Below are positions 35,854 to 45,489 of a stretch of DNA of 64,000 nt, in pieces. This DNA comes from Thermoplasmata archaeon (GTDB lineage Archaea > Thermoplasmatota > Thermoplasmata > Lutacidiplasmatales > UBA184): contig JAWOKS010000002.1 in assembly GCA_033854115.1 (NCBI GenBank), positions 9,984 through 73,983 of the forward strand, given 5' to 3'. A program made the translations under genes and the position numbers. Under the pieces are notes generated by a model. The model ran no database searches and was not told where the DNA came from. It saw only the letters and a list, made by a program, of their open reading frames with translations. Within the stretch, counting starts at the first letter, position 1. Every line of letters starts with the position of its first letter.

Positions 35854-36531
35854 CTAGGGAAGGGGCGGTGGTAACGGTATCTTGAGCGCCTTCAGGCGTT
35901 TATTGATATCGTCGTCGGAAAGCTCGCGGTACTCCCGGGGCGTGATGACATGGACGAGGTAGCCGTCCCCGCTCGCGCTGTCGCGCTTCATCGCCGCGGT
36001 GAGCCCGCGGAGCGCGAGGTCGACCGCGTCGGAGGTCGAGAGGTCGCGCGAGTAGCCCTCCTCCACGATCCCGTAGGCGAACGGCGAGCCCGAGCCGACC
36101 GAGACGAAGCGGTCCTCGATGCACCCCCCCGCCGGGTCGACCGAGAAGATGTGGCCGCCCTTCGCGTCGACCCCGCCGACGATCATCCAGGCAAGGTACG
36201 GGTAGTAGCGGTTGCCGCTCAGGATGTTCGCGAGGAGCGTCGCCGCCCCCTCGGTGCTGAGGGGCGCGCTGCGGCGGAGCCGGTAGAGGGAGACCTCGGC
36301 CTTCAGGTAGCGGGCGAGGACCTGCGCGTCGCCGACGTAGCCCGCGATCGTCATCCCGACGTTCTGGTCGATCTTGAACAGCTTCTGGGCGCTCTTGTTC
36401 GAGATCATGTTGCCCGCGGTGACGCGGCGCTCGGTCGCGAGCGTGACCCCGTCCTTCGCGACGATCCCGATCGTGGTCGTGCCGGTCAGGTAGCGGTTCT
36501 CAGGAACGGAAGCGGGCGCACCGGACATCAT
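35854..36531 (-). CDS. psmB: proteasome subunit beta
   Basis: Propeptide ending LTG followed by TTTIGIVAKDGVTLATERR (catalytic Thr). Confidence 0.95.
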   Translation of the reverse strand: MMSGAPASVPENRYLTGTTTIGIVAKDGVTLATERRVTAGNMISNKSAQKLFKIDQNVGMTIAGYVGDAQVLARYLKAEVSLYRLRRSAPLSTEGAATLLANILSGNRYYPYLAWMIVGGVDAKGGHIFSVDPAGGCIEDRFVSVGSGSPFAYGIVEEGYSRDLSTSDAVDLALRGLTAAMKRDSASGDGYLVHVITPREYRELSDDDINKRLKALKIPLPPPLP

Positions 36532-36680
36532 CGGACCTACGGTCGTAGCCCCTACGACGCCGGGGGCGACATGGGGTCGCTATATAACGGCGCCCGGAGC
36601 GATTACGTCTCGGCCACCGAGGAACCCCCCTCGGTCGGGGCGACCCCCGCGCGCGGTCCCGAACCGGGCCGTCTCACCCG

Positions 36681-36687
36681 TTATAGG
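36681..36687 (+). promoter_or_regulatory. TATA-like box upstream of sdhA (probably a leaderless transcript)
   Basis: TTATAGG about 25-30 nt before ATG 36711. A second box, GCTATATAACG (36579-36589), faces psmB. Confidence 0.5.
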
Positions 36688-36710
36688 GCCCCAGCGTTCC
36701 CCGGGGGCGT

Positions 36711-38393
36711 ATGCTTCGCCACGATGTCGTGGTGGTGGGCGCGGGGCTCGCCGGCCAGCGCGCCGCCCTCGCGGCGGTCGAGGCCGGTCGGGACGTCGCG
36801 CTCCTCACGAAGCTCCATCCGCTCCGCTCCCACTCGGGGGCGGCGCAGGGTGGGATCAACGCCGCCGTGGGCGCCGAGGACTCGGTCGACACCCATGTCT
36901 TCGACACGGTGAAGGGCTCCGACTACCTCGGCGACCAGGACGCCATCGAGTTCTTCTGCCGCGAGGCCGGCCCGACGGTCGTCGAGATGGAGCACTTCGG
37001 GACGATCTTCAGCCGGTCGGACGACGGCTCGCTCGCGCGCCGGCCGTTCGGCGGCGCGCACTTCCCCCGGACGATCTACGCGGCCGACCGGACCGGGCTC
37101 GCGCTCCTCCAGGCGCTGTGGGAGCAGCTCTGGAACGAGCGGTTCACCCTCTACGACGAGTGGGACCTCGTGAACCTCGTCGTCCGCGAGGGCCGCGTGC
37201 ACGGGCTCACCGCGTTCGCGCGGCGCCCCGGGGAGTTCCAGGAGATCGCCGCGAAGGCGGTCGTCCTCGCGACGGGGCCGGCGGGCCGCATCTACGCCCG
37301 CACGACGAACGCCCACAGCTGCACCGGGGACGGGCTCGCGGTCGCGTACGACGCGGGCGCCCACCTGAAGGACATGGAGTTCGTCCAGTTCCACCCGACC
37401 GCGCTCATGGAGTCGGGGATCCTCATCACGGAGGGGGCCCGCGGCGAGGGCGGGATCCTCAAGAACGCGAAGGGGGAGAGGTTCATGGTCCGCTACGCTC
37501 CGAACGTCCAGGAGCTCGCCTCCCGCGACGTCGTCTCGCGGGCGATCGTCACCGAGGTCGCCGAGGGCCGGGGGTTCTCGGGCCCGTACGGCGGCTACGT
37601 CCACCTCGAGCTGATGCACCTCGGCAAGGAGAAGATCGAGTCCCGTCTGCAGGAGATCTGCGACTTCTCCCGCCGGTTCGCCGGGATCGACCCGGTGACC
37701 GAGCCGATCCCGGTCTACCCCGCCCAGCACTACATGATGGGCGGGATCGGGACCAACGTGCGCGGGGAGACGAACCTCCCCGGGCTCTTCGCGGCGGGCG
37801 AGGCGGCGTGCGTCTCGATCCACGGGGCGAACCGCCTCGGCGGGAACTCGCTCCTCGAGACGCTCGTCTTCGGTAAGCAGGCCGGCCTCGCGGCCGCCGC
37901 CTACGCCGTCCAGGCGCCGGCCCCCGAGATGCACGCGAGCGACCTCGACACGGCGACCGAGCCGTTCCGGCGCTGGTCGTCGAGGACCGAGGGGGAGGAC
38001 CCCGCGACCCTGCGGACGGAGATGCAGACGACGATGGAGCGGTGCGCCGGGATCTATCGGAACGAGGCGGGCCTCCTCGAGGGGGTCCGCGCGATCCGGG
38101 GCCTGAAGGCGAGGTTCGAGCGGATCCGCGTCGCCGACCGCTCCCCGGTGTTCAACCTCAACTTCCTCGACGCGCTCGAGACCGGCCACATGCTCGAGCT
38201 CGCCGAGACGATCCTCGTGGGGGCGCTCGCGCGCACCGAGAGCCGCGGGGCGCACTCCCGCACGGACTATCCGAAGCGGGACGACGCCCGCTGGATGCGG
38301 CACACGCTCGCGCGGAAGGGCGCGGACGGCCCCACGCTCGACTACGCGCCCGTCGGCTTCACGCACTACGAACCGACCGAGAGGGTCTACTGA
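36711..38393 (+). CDS. sdhA: succinate dehydrogenase/fumarate reductase flavoprotein subunit
   Basis: VVVVGAGLAGQRAAL FAD site, RSHSGAAQGGI, FHPTAL, GARGEGG. Confidence 0.9.
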   Translation: MLRHDVVVVGAGLAGQRAALAAVEAGRDVALLTKLHPLRSHSGAAQGGINAAVGAEDSVDTHVFDTVKGSDYLGDQDAIEFFCREAGPTVVEMEHFGTIFSRSDDGSLARRPFGGAHFPRTIYAADRTGLALLQALWEQLWNERFTLYDEWDLVNLVVREGRVHGLTAFARRPGEFQEIAAKAVVLATGPAGRIYARTTNAHSCTGDGLAVAYDAGAHLKDMEFVQFHPTALMESGILITEGARGEGGILKNAKGERFMVRYAPNVQELASRDVVSRAIVTEVAEGRGFSGPYGGYVHLELMHLGKEKIESRLQEICDFSRRFAGIDPVTEPIPVYPAQHYMMGGIGTNVRGETNLPGLFAAGEAACVSIHGANRLGGNSLLETLVFGKQAGLAAAAYAVQAPAPEMHASDLDTATEPFRRWSSRTEGEDPATLRTEMQTTMERCAGIYRNEAGLLEGVRAIRGLKARFERIRVADRSPVFNLNFLDALETGHMLELAETILVGALARTESRGAHSRTDYPKRDDARWMRHTLARKGADGPTLDYAPVGFTHYEPTERVY

Positions 38394-39361
38394 TGGCCGA
38401 GCCGACGATCTCGGTCCCGCTCGAGGTCTACCGCTTCCAGCCCGGGGTCGATGCGGCCCCGACGTACCGCCGGTACGTGCTCGACCTCACGCCCCACACG
38501 CCGGTCCTCACCGCGCTCCTCCGGATCCGCAACGAGATCGACCCCGCGCTCACGGTGCGCTACAGCTGCCGCAGCGCGATCTGCGGGTCGTGCGCGATGC
38601 GGATCAACTCGAAGACCCGCCTCGCCTGCGAGACCCAGGTCGGCCCCGAGGTCGCCCGGCACGGCCGCATCGTGGTCGAGCCGATGGCGAACCAACCGGT
38701 CATCCGCGACCTCGTCGTCGACCAGGCGCCGTTCTGGCAGCGGTACCAGGAGATCGAGCCGCACCTCCGGATCGACCCGAGGAAGCCGATGCCCGAGGGG
38801 GTCCCGACCAAGATGTCCCCCGCGGAGGTCGATCGGTTCCGCGAGACGCCCCGCTGCATCGCCTGCGCGGCGTGCTACTCGGCCTGCCCGGCCGTCACCG
38901 AGGATGCGGCGTTCCCCGGGCCGATGGCGCTCGCGAAGCTCTACCGGTACGTCGTGGACCCCCGGGACGGGGCGCGGCAGGACCGCCTCGTCCGGATCCA
39001 GGCGGACGGCCTCTGGCTCTGCCTGCGCTGCCACCTCTGCACCGAGTCGTGCCCGAAGGACGTGCGCCCCTCGGAGCGGATCCGCGACCTCAAGGAGATG
39101 GCGATCGCGGCCCAGGGCGCGACCGAGCTCGGCTCGCGCCACGCGGCCGGCTTCAAGGACAACATCCGCGACCGGGGGCTCTTGAGCGAGCTCAAGCTCG
39201 TCCGCCAGACCTACGGGCTCTGGGGCGTGCTGCCCCAGCTGCCGCACGGCCTGCGCATCTGGCGGAAGAAGCCCGAGGTCGCCCGGCGACCGAAGGCGAT
39301 CGAGGGCCACGAGGAGCTCGAGAAGCTCTACGAGGCCCTGGACGAGGGGGGCCGGCGATGA
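38393..39361 (+). CDS. sdhB: succinate dehydrogenase/fumarate reductase iron-sulfur subunit (with C-terminal extension)
   Basis: TGATG overlap with sdhA. CRSAICGSCAMRINSKTRLAC (2Fe-2S), CIACAACYSACP, CLRCHLCTESCP. Confidence 0.85.
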   Translation: MAEPTISVPLEVYRFQPGVDAAPTYRRYVLDLTPHTPVLTALLRIRNEIDPALTVRYSCRSAICGSCAMRINSKTRLACETQVGPEVARHGRIVVEPMANQPVIRDLVVDQAPFWQRYQEIEPHLRIDPRKPMPEGVPTKMSPAEVDRFRETPRCIACAACYSACPAVTEDAAFPGPMALAKLYRYVVDPRDGARQDRLVRIQADGLWLCLRCHLCTESCPKDVRPSERIRDLKEMAIAAQGATELGSRHAAGFKDNIRDRGLLSELKLVRQTYGLWGVLPQLPHGLRIWRKKPEVARRPKAIEGHEELEKLYEALDEGGRR

Positions 39362-40242
39362 GGCTCGCCTACTACCCGGGGTGCGTCGCCCAAGCGTCGG
39401 GCAAGGAGCTCGACCTCGCGACCCGCTGGGTCTGCAAGGCCGTCGGGATCGAGCTCGTCGAGTTCCCGAAGTTCTCCTGCTGCGGCTCGGGGTTCGTCGA
39501 CGAGGCGAACGAGGCGCTCAACGTCGCGATCAACGCGCGGAACCTCGCGATCGCCGAGGCGGCGGGGCTCGACGTGCTCACGATCTGCTCGACGTGCCAG
39601 GGGATGCTCACGCTCGCGAACCTCCGCCTGAAGGACCCCGCGGTCCGCGCGAAGGTCGACCCCGCGCTCGCCTCGATCGGGCTCCGCTACCAGGGGTCGG
39701 TCAAGGTCACCCACCTCCTGCGGGTCCTCGTCGAGCAGGTCGGCCTCGACGCGCTGCGCGCGAAGGTCCGCCGGCCCCTCGCGGGCCTCAAGGTCGGGGC
39801 GTTCTACGGCTGCCACCTCCTCCGTCCGGCGGACGAGATGGGCGTGGCCTCGGGGGAGGAGCCGCACGACTTCGAGGACCTCCTCGCCGTGCTCGGCGTC
39901 GAGCCCGTGCTCTACCGGGGCCGCGTGATGTGCTGCGGCTTCCCGATCCAGTTCGTGAAGGCGGAGACGGCGGGGCGGATCGCGGCCCGCCAGATCCTCG
40001 ACGCGAAGGACCACGGCGCGGACGCGATGGCGACCCCCTGCCCGCTCTGTCACATCTCGCTCGACACCTACCAGGCCCCGGCCGCGAAGGCCGCCGGCCG
40101 CCCGCTCGGGATGCCGGTCTTCCACCTGCCGCAGCTCGTGGCGCTCGCCCTCGGGGCGGCCCCCGAGGAGCTCGGACTCGGCCGCCACATGATCGACCCC
40201 CGACCGGTCCTCGCCAAGGTCGCGGCCCCCCGTTCGGGCTAG
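39358..40242 (+). CDS. CCG-domain subunit (HdrB/SdhE-like) of a non-classical SDH/fumarate reductase
   Basis: ATGA overlap with sdhB. YYPGC...FSCCGSG and FYGCH...VMCCGFP form two CCG domains. Confidence 0.8.
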   Translation: MRLAYYPGCVAQASGKELDLATRWVCKAVGIELVEFPKFSCCGSGFVDEANEALNVAINARNLAIAEAAGLDVLTICSTCQGMLTLANLRLKDPAVRAKVDPALASIGLRYQGSVKVTHLLRVLVEQVGLDALRAKVRRPLAGLKVGAFYGCHLLRPADEMGVASGEEPHDFEDLLAVLGVEPVLYRGRVMCCGFPIQFVKAETAGRIAARQILDAKDHGADAMATPCPLCHISLDTYQAPAAKAAGRPLGMPVFHLPQLVALALGAAPEELGLGRHMIDPRPVLAKVAAPRSG

Positions 40243-40396
40243 CGGGCGCGGAGGGGACCCCCTGGCGAACCTCCGGGACCGGCCGACCCCGGGCGCCCCC
40301 CGACGTCCAATCCGGGGCGGTGGGAACCGGGGTCCGGGCTGGATCCCCGGCCGGCGGTCGTTCGAGCTGCTGCTCGCGCTCTTCGGCGTCTTCGCC

Positions 40397-40591
40397 GTGG
40401 GCGCGGTGCTCGTGAAGCGTATCCCCGCCCCCTTCGCGCAGGAGCTCGGGCCCCCGCTGTTGTTCGGGGGGCTGGCCGGAGCCCTCGTGGTCGCGCTCGC
40501 CCTCCATCTCGATCGGTGGCTCGCCCCCCGACCGGACCGCCCCGACGCCGACCTCGCGGTCGACGGCGAGACGCGGCGCGACGCGGAGTGA
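40397..40591 (+). CDS. possible small membrane protein (speculative)
   Basis: 64-aa track ORF with the hydrophobic segment LLFGGLAGALVVALALHL. The frame stays open and hydrophobic upstream (FELLLALFGVFA) but has no start codon there. Confidence 0.25.
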   Translation: MGAVLVKRIPAPFAQELGPPLLFGGLAGALVVALALHLDRWLAPRPDRPDADLAVDGETRRDAE

Positions 40592-40624
40592 GCGCGCCCT
40601 CCCGCGCGTCGCGCCCGGGCGGGC

Positions 40625-41827
40625 TCAGGGGCCCGTGCGTCCCGCGTCGTTCGAGAGCGGGGGCCGGGCCGGTTTCCAGGTGGCACGGATCAGGAACGGA
40701 GTGAGGAACGAGGTGACGAGCGCGATCGCCCCGACGGTGGGGAGGACGAAAGCCCCCGTCGCCCCGACGTCCGTCCCGCCCTTCGCCACGACGAGCGACA
40801 GCTCGCCGCGCGGTCCGGCGATCGCGATGGCGGTGCGTTCGGCGGTCGCCGGGCCGATCCGCTGGCTCCGCGCGACGAGGTAGGTGACGAGGAACTTCAC
40901 GCCGAGGGAGACCGCGACGAGGGCGCCGACCAGGAGGACGTAGGGGCGGAGGAGCTCGAGGTCCATGAGCGCCCCGATCGCGATGAAGAAGATCGCGCCG
41001 AACAGCTCCTTGAGCGGCGTCACCATCTCGCGCGCGGGTCCCTGGTTCTTCGACTCCGCGACCAGGACGCCGGCGAGGAACGCCCCCGTCGCGACCGAGA
41101 TCCCGACCAGGCTCGAGAGGATCGAGAGCCCGAAGGTGAGGCCGAGGATCGTGAGCAGGAGGAGGTCCCGACGACCCCACTTCGCGACGGTGTCGATGAG
41201 CGGGGGGACGATCCTCGAGCCGATCACGAGGGTGCCCGCGATGAGGCCGACGACGAGGGAGATCGACACGCCGATCCCGATGAGCGAGAGGCCGCCGGTC
41301 GAGGCGACGCTCTGGAGGATGCCGAGGAGCGAGACCGCGACGACGTCCTCGACCACCGTGATCCCGAGGACGAGGCCCGCGGCCTGCTCGCGGAGGACCC
41401 CCATCTCCTCGAGCACGGTCGCCAGGATCACCGTGCTCGTCACGGAGACCGCGAGCCCGAGGAACAGGCTGTCGAACTCGGAGAGGCCGAACGCGATCCC
41501 GACCAGGTAGCCCGCGGCGAACGTCACGAGCGCCTCGCACAGCGCGATGATGAGCGCGAGCCGGCCGATCGAGCGGAGGCGGGCGACGGGGTACTCCATC
41601 CCGAGCGCCATCAGGAGGAAGACGATGCCGATCTGCGCGAGGAGCTCGAGCGTCTCGGGATGGAGCACGAAGCTGAACGGCGGGGTGTACGGTCCGAGGA
41701 TGATCCCGACGAGGATGTACCCGACGAGCGGGCGCTGGCCGAGCCGCTCGAAGAGGATGGCCATCAGCGCGGCCGCGATCAGGACGACCGCGAGGTCTTG
41801 GATCACCGCGACCGCTTCGATCGCCAT
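40625..41827 (-). CDS. cation:proton antiporter (CPA2/Kef-type Na+/H+ exchanger family)
   Basis: About 12 hydrophobic segments. N-terminus LAVVLIAAALMAILFERLGQRPLVGYILVGIILGP is typical of this family. Confidence 0.85.
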   Translation of the reverse strand: MAIEAVAVIQDLAVVLIAAALMAILFERLGQRPLVGYILVGIILGPYTPPFSFVLHPETLELLAQIGIVFLLMALGMEYPVARLRSIGRLALIIALCEALVTFAAGYLVGIAFGLSEFDSLFLGLAVSVTSTVILATVLEEMGVLREQAAGLVLGITVVEDVVAVSLLGILQSVASTGGLSLIGIGVSISLVVGLIAGTLVIGSRIVPPLIDTVAKWGRRDLLLLTILGLTFGLSILSSLVGISVATGAFLAGVLVAESKNQGPAREMVTPLKELFGAIFFIAIGALMDLELLRPYVLLVGALVAVSLGVKFLVTYLVARSQRIGPATAERTAIAIAGPRGELSLVVAKGGTDVGATGAFVLPTVGAIALVTSFLTPFLIRATWKPARPPLSNDAGRTGP

Positions 41828-42030
41828 GCGCCGTCCCTCCTACACGGGAGCCCGATAGATGAAAACCCATGGGTCGGAGAGCACCCCGGGGCACGGTACC
41901 GGAGGGTGGCGCCCGGGCCGGGTCGCACCCGGCTCCTCCATCGCGTCGAGCCCGACCCCCGCCCCGCGCGGCTTCCTCTGGGCGGACGGTTTGATAAGAC
42001 CGAACGTCGAGCGTTCCTTCCAGGAACCCC

Positions 42031-42336
42031 ATGGCGCCCCGAGCCCGAGCCTCCCGGACGGTCCCCCAGCTCGATTCCGGCATCATGACCGCCCTCGGCG
42101 ACCTGACGGTCTCGGGGGGTATGGCCCTCGGCCGGGACGCGCTGACCGGCTCGCTCCGGGAGCGGAGGCACGGGGCGAGCCGACGCGAGGGCGAGCGGCG
42201 TGGCGGCTCCGTGCCGGCCGACCGTCTCCACTGGGCGTCGGAGGGACTGGACGTTCCCTTCCGCGACCGCCTCCGGGAGGAGCTCGCCGAAGCGATGGCC
42301 CAGTTCCCCCGACGGCGAGCCGGCCGGGAGCCTTAG
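42031..42336 (+). CDS. hypothetical protein (weak)
   Basis: 101-aa ORF with high GC at codon position 3. TTTGATAAG box about 33 nt upstream. No recognisable family. Confidence 0.3.
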   Translation: MAPRARASRTVPQLDSGIMTALGDLTVSGGMALGRDALTGSLRERRHGASRREGERRGGSVPADRLHWASEGLDVPFRDRLREELAEAMAQFPRRRAGREP

Positions 42337-42405
42337 GCGGCGGGCTCTGCGGCCTCGGGTCCGAGGTCCCGGATCCGGGGACCCGAGGACCACCGGGGGG
42401 CAGGA

Positions 42406-42672
42406 TCAGGACGAGCCGGCTTCCCCGTCGGCAGCCTTCAGCTCTCGGGCGCCGTCGCCCTGGGTCACGAACAGGTGGAGCCGGTCGCACGTGCGCCGGA
42501 AGTGCGCGTCCCCGTCGCGCCCGAACTCGCGCACGAGCTCGGCGGTGAGCTCCTCGTCCGACCGATCCCGGGCGATCGAGGGACTGAACATGCAGCCGAA
42601 GACGACGAACCGGCGTCCTTCGAGGTCGAACCGGTCGGTCTCGGCCGAGCCGCAGAACGGGCAGCGCAGCAC
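42406..42672 (-). CDS. small zinc-ribbon-like protein
   Basis: MLRCPFCGS at the N-terminus plus further Cys residues. 88 aa with balanced composition. Confidence 0.5.
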   Translation of the reverse strand: MLRCPFCGSAETDRFDLEGRRFVVFGCMFSPSIARDRSDEELTAELVREFGRDGDAHFRRTCDRLHLFVTQGDGARELKAADGEAGSS

Positions 42673-42715
42673 GGACCCGTGAGCCCGGTCCGCGGCAAAG
42701 CGTTGGCGGCGCGCG

Positions 42716-42937
42716 TCAGTCGATGTAGCCGAGCGAGCGGAGCCGCTCTTTGAGGGCCCGCTCGTCCTCCTCGCTGAACCCGGGGCCGCCCGGCTCCTCG
42801 AGCAGCCGGCCGAGGACGAAGCCGACGAACGCGTCGATCGAATCGAACGCCGAGCCCTTGAGCCGCTCCTCGAGCCGCCGGGCGATCTCCTCCGGGATCT
42901 TCACCGTCCGGCCGGTCCCCGCGGGCGGCTGCTTCAT
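42716..42937 (-). CDS. ribbon-helix-helix (CopG/Arc-like) protein
   Basis: TVKIPEEIARRLEERL looks like an RHH strand-helix. The acidic linker and C-terminal KERLRSLGYID tail are seen in small archaeal regulators. Confidence 0.6.
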   Translation of the reverse strand: MKQPPAGTGRTVKIPEEIARRLEERLKGSAFDSIDAFVGFVLGRLLEEPGGPGFSEEDERALKERLRSLGYID

Positions 42938-42984
42938 GGCGTCGCGCTAGGGGACGGCCGGGACTAGATAGCCCTTCGCGGGGC

Positions 42985-43932
42985 TCACTCCCACTCGATC
43001 GTCGCGGGAGGCTTGTCCGTGACGTCGTAGAGGACGCGGACGACCTCGCCCGCCAGCTCGCGGGTGATCCGCCGCGCGATCCGCGCGAGGAGGGCCGGCG
43101 GGACGGCCATCGCGGTCGCGGTCATCGCGTCCACCGACTCCACGATCCGCACGCTCACCGCGTCGCCGTGGACGCGGTTGTCCCCGGTGACGCCGACCGT
43201 CTTCTCCTCGAGAAGGACCGCGAAGTACTGCCACGGCCGGGCGATCTCGTGCGCGGCGAACGCCCGTTCGACCTCCTCCTCCACGACCGCGTTCGCCACG
43301 CGGGCCCGGCGGACCCGCTCGCGATCGATCGGGCCGACGATCCGGACCGCGAGCCCCGGCCCGGGGAACGGCTGGCGCTCCGCCTCCGGGACCCCGAGCT
43401 CGCGGGCGACCGCCCGGACCTCGTCCTTGTAGAGGTCCCGGAGCGGCTCGACCAGGACGAGGCGGCTCTTCCGCGGGATGCCGCCGACGTTGTGGTGCGT
43501 CTTGATCGTGTCGCGCAGGGCCCCGCCGCTCTCGATCCAGTCGGGAGCGATCGTCCCCTGGACGAGCCGGTCGGTCCCGAACGACCTCGCCTCCTCCTCG
43601 AAGACCCGGATGAACTCCGCGCCGATGCGGCGGCGCTTGCGCTCGGGGTCGTGGACCCCCTTCAGCGCGGCGAGGAACCGCTCGCTCGCCTCGACGGTGC
43701 GGTGCTCGAGCCCGGCGGCCCGGAGCAGCGCGGCGACCCTCCCGACCTCGCCCTCGCGGACGAGCCCCGTGTCGACGAAGACCGCCCGCGCCCGCTCTCC
43801 GAGCGCCCGCTGGGCGAGCAGCGCCGCGGTCGTCGAGTCGATCCCGCCCGAGGCGGCGACGATCGCGTTCCCCGGGACCTCGGAGCGCAGGCGCTCGATC
43901 ACCTCGGCGACGAACGCCTTCGGGTCGTTCAC
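42985..43932 (-). CDS. guaA: GMP synthase subunit B (ATP pyrophosphatase)
   Basis: GTG start. P-loop VAASGGIDSTTAA. Universal C-terminus KPPATIEWE. Confidence 0.95.
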   Translation of the reverse strand: MNDPKAFVAEVIERLRSEVPGNAIVAASGGIDSTTAALLAQRALGERARAVFVDTGLVREGEVGRVAALLRAAGLEHRTVEASERFLAALKGVHDPERKRRRIGAEFIRVFEEEARSFGTDRLVQGTIAPDWIESGGALRDTIKTHHNVGGIPRKSRLVLVEPLRDLYKDEVRAVARELGVPEAERQPFPGPGLAVRIVGPIDRERVRRARVANAVVEEEVERAFAAHEIARPWQYFAVLLEEKTVGVTGDNRVHGDAVSVRIVESVDAMTATAMAVPPALLARIARRITRELAGEVVRVLYDVTDKPPATIEWE

Positions 43933-44387
43933 GTGCTCGCCCCTGGCGCGGGCGGCTCCTCCCGCCATCGGGCACGGTAGCGTTCGAGGCGCGGGACGAG
44001 CTCCGGGTGGCCCGCGGCGAGGATCTCGACGGCGAGGAGCGCTGCGTTCTCCGTTGCGTCGAGCCCCACCGAGGCGACCGGGATGCCGGGCGGCATCTGG
44101 ACCACGGAGAGCAGGCTGTCGAGCCCGAGACCGCGGTGGAGGGGCACCCCGATCACCGGCTTCAGGGTCCGGGCCGCGACGACCCCGGGGAGGGCCGCAG
44201 AGAGCCCGGCCATCGCGATGAAGACGTCCGTCGCCGGGTCTCGAACGAGGCGCTCGACCTTCTCCGGGGTGCGATGGGCGCTCGCGACGTGGACGTCGCA
44301 CGGCACCTCGAACTCGGCGAGCCGGCTCCGGACCTTCTCGGCCAGCTCGAGGTCCGACTTGCTGCCCACGAGGACCGTCACCTTCAC
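43929..44387 (-). CDS. purE: N5-carboxyaminoimidazole ribonucleotide mutase / AIR carboxylase
   Basis: GTG start. VTVLVGSKSDLELAEK, VASAHRTPE, AGLSAALPGVVAA. 4-nt overlap with guaA. Confidence 0.9.
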   Translation of the reverse strand: MKVTVLVGSKSDLELAEKVRSRLAEFEVPCDVHVASAHRTPEKVERLVRDPATDVFIAMAGLSAALPGVVAARTLKPVIGVPLHRGLGLDSLLSVVQMPPGIPVASVGLDATENAALLAVEILAAGHPELVPRLERYRARWREEPPAPGAST

Positions 44388-44483
44388 GGACGGCCCGAGG
44401 CCGACCGCGCCTTGAGCCTTTGCCGCGTTCCGCCCGTCGCGGCCCGCGGACGGGGGGCCGGACGTCGCGGGTCCCGGCGCGAA

Positions 44484-45479
44484 ATGCTGAAATGGCCGCG
44501 GCGGCGCTCGAGGCGCGTGACGGTCTCCCCTCACCTGATCGCCTGGCTCCTCAAGGGCGGGGAGCCGAGCGTCCGTCGAAGGGTCTACCGCGAGCTGCTC
44601 GGTCGGAAGGAGACCGATCCGCGCGTCCTAGGGGCGACGCGCCGGATCGGCCGGGTCGGCTGGGCGGCCCGCATCCTCGACGAACAGTTGGACGAGGGCC
44701 AGTGGGTCACGCCCCGGACCGACCCCGAGTCCCTCTACCGGCCGAAGTACATCGCGACGAACTGGCGGCTGATCGTCCTCGCCGAGCTCGGCGTCTCGGG
44801 CGAGCTCGCGAAGGTGCGGAAGGCGGTCGACCTCTATCTTCGGGTCTACGGCCGCGGGCCGCGGCCCGACCTCGGAGGACGAAGGGGGGAGGCCTGCTTC
44901 ACGGGGAACGCCGTGCGCCTCCTCGTCTCGCTCGGGCGGGGGGACGACCCGCGGGTCCGCCGCGCGATCCAGTGGCTCCTCGATCACCAGAAGGCGGACG
45001 GCGGCTGGCACTGCTTCCGGTCCCGGACCGGCACGCTCGACGCGTGGGAGCCGCTCGCTGCGTTCGCCGTCCTCCCGCCCTCGCGGCGATCGCCCGAGGT
45101 CGAGCGCGCGATCGAGCGCGGAGCGGAGTTCTACCTCGCCCGCGGGCTCACCAAGGAGGGCCGGGGCACCTACGCTCCGTGGTTCCGCCTCCACTACCCC
45201 ACCCACTACTACTACGACCTCCTGGTCGGGCTCGGCCTCCTGGTCCACCTCGGCTACCAGGACGACCGCCGCCTCCGGCCCGCGCTCGACCGCCTCGAGG
45301 CGAAGCGGAACGCGGACGGGACCTGGAACCTCGACGCGCTGCACCCGGACTCGGAGGACCCGAACTACCCGATCCGCCGCGCGCCGTTCTACCCGTTCGC
45401 GCTCGAGGTCCCGGGCCAGCCGAGCCGCTGGATCACCCTGAACGCGCTCGAGGTCCTCCGCGCCTGCGGGCGGGTGTAG
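44484..45479 (+). CDS. prenyltransferase/squalene-oxidase-repeat-like protein
   Basis: Repeated Q/D-x-DG-x-W motifs (DEGQW, ADGGWHCF, ADGTWNL), typical of alpha-alpha toroid terpenoid-cyclase-like folds. Confidence 0.55.
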   Translation: MLKWPRRRSRRVTVSPHLIAWLLKGGEPSVRRRVYRELLGRKETDPRVLGATRRIGRVGWAARILDEQLDEGQWVTPRTDPESLYRPKYIATNWRLIVLAELGVSGELAKVRKAVDLYLRVYGRGPRPDLGGRRGEACFTGNAVRLLVSLGRGDDPRVRRAIQWLLDHQKADGGWHCFRSRTGTLDAWEPLAAFAVLPPSRRSPEVERAIERGAEFYLARGLTKEGRGTYAPWFRLHYPTHYYYDLLVGLGLLVHLGYQDDRRLRPALDRLEAKRNADGTWNLDALHPDSEDPNYPIRRAPFYPFALEVPGQPSRWITLNALEVLRACGRV

Positions 45480-45489
45480 GCGGACCCTC

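Noticed and set aside
42358-42392. Imperfect palindrome GGTCCGAGGTCCCGGATCCGGGGACCCGAGGACC between convergent small ORFs
   Set aside because: The stem has several mismatches and no adjacent oligo-T tract. GC-rich palindromes containing GGATCC recur in this sequence, so it is not convincing as a terminator.
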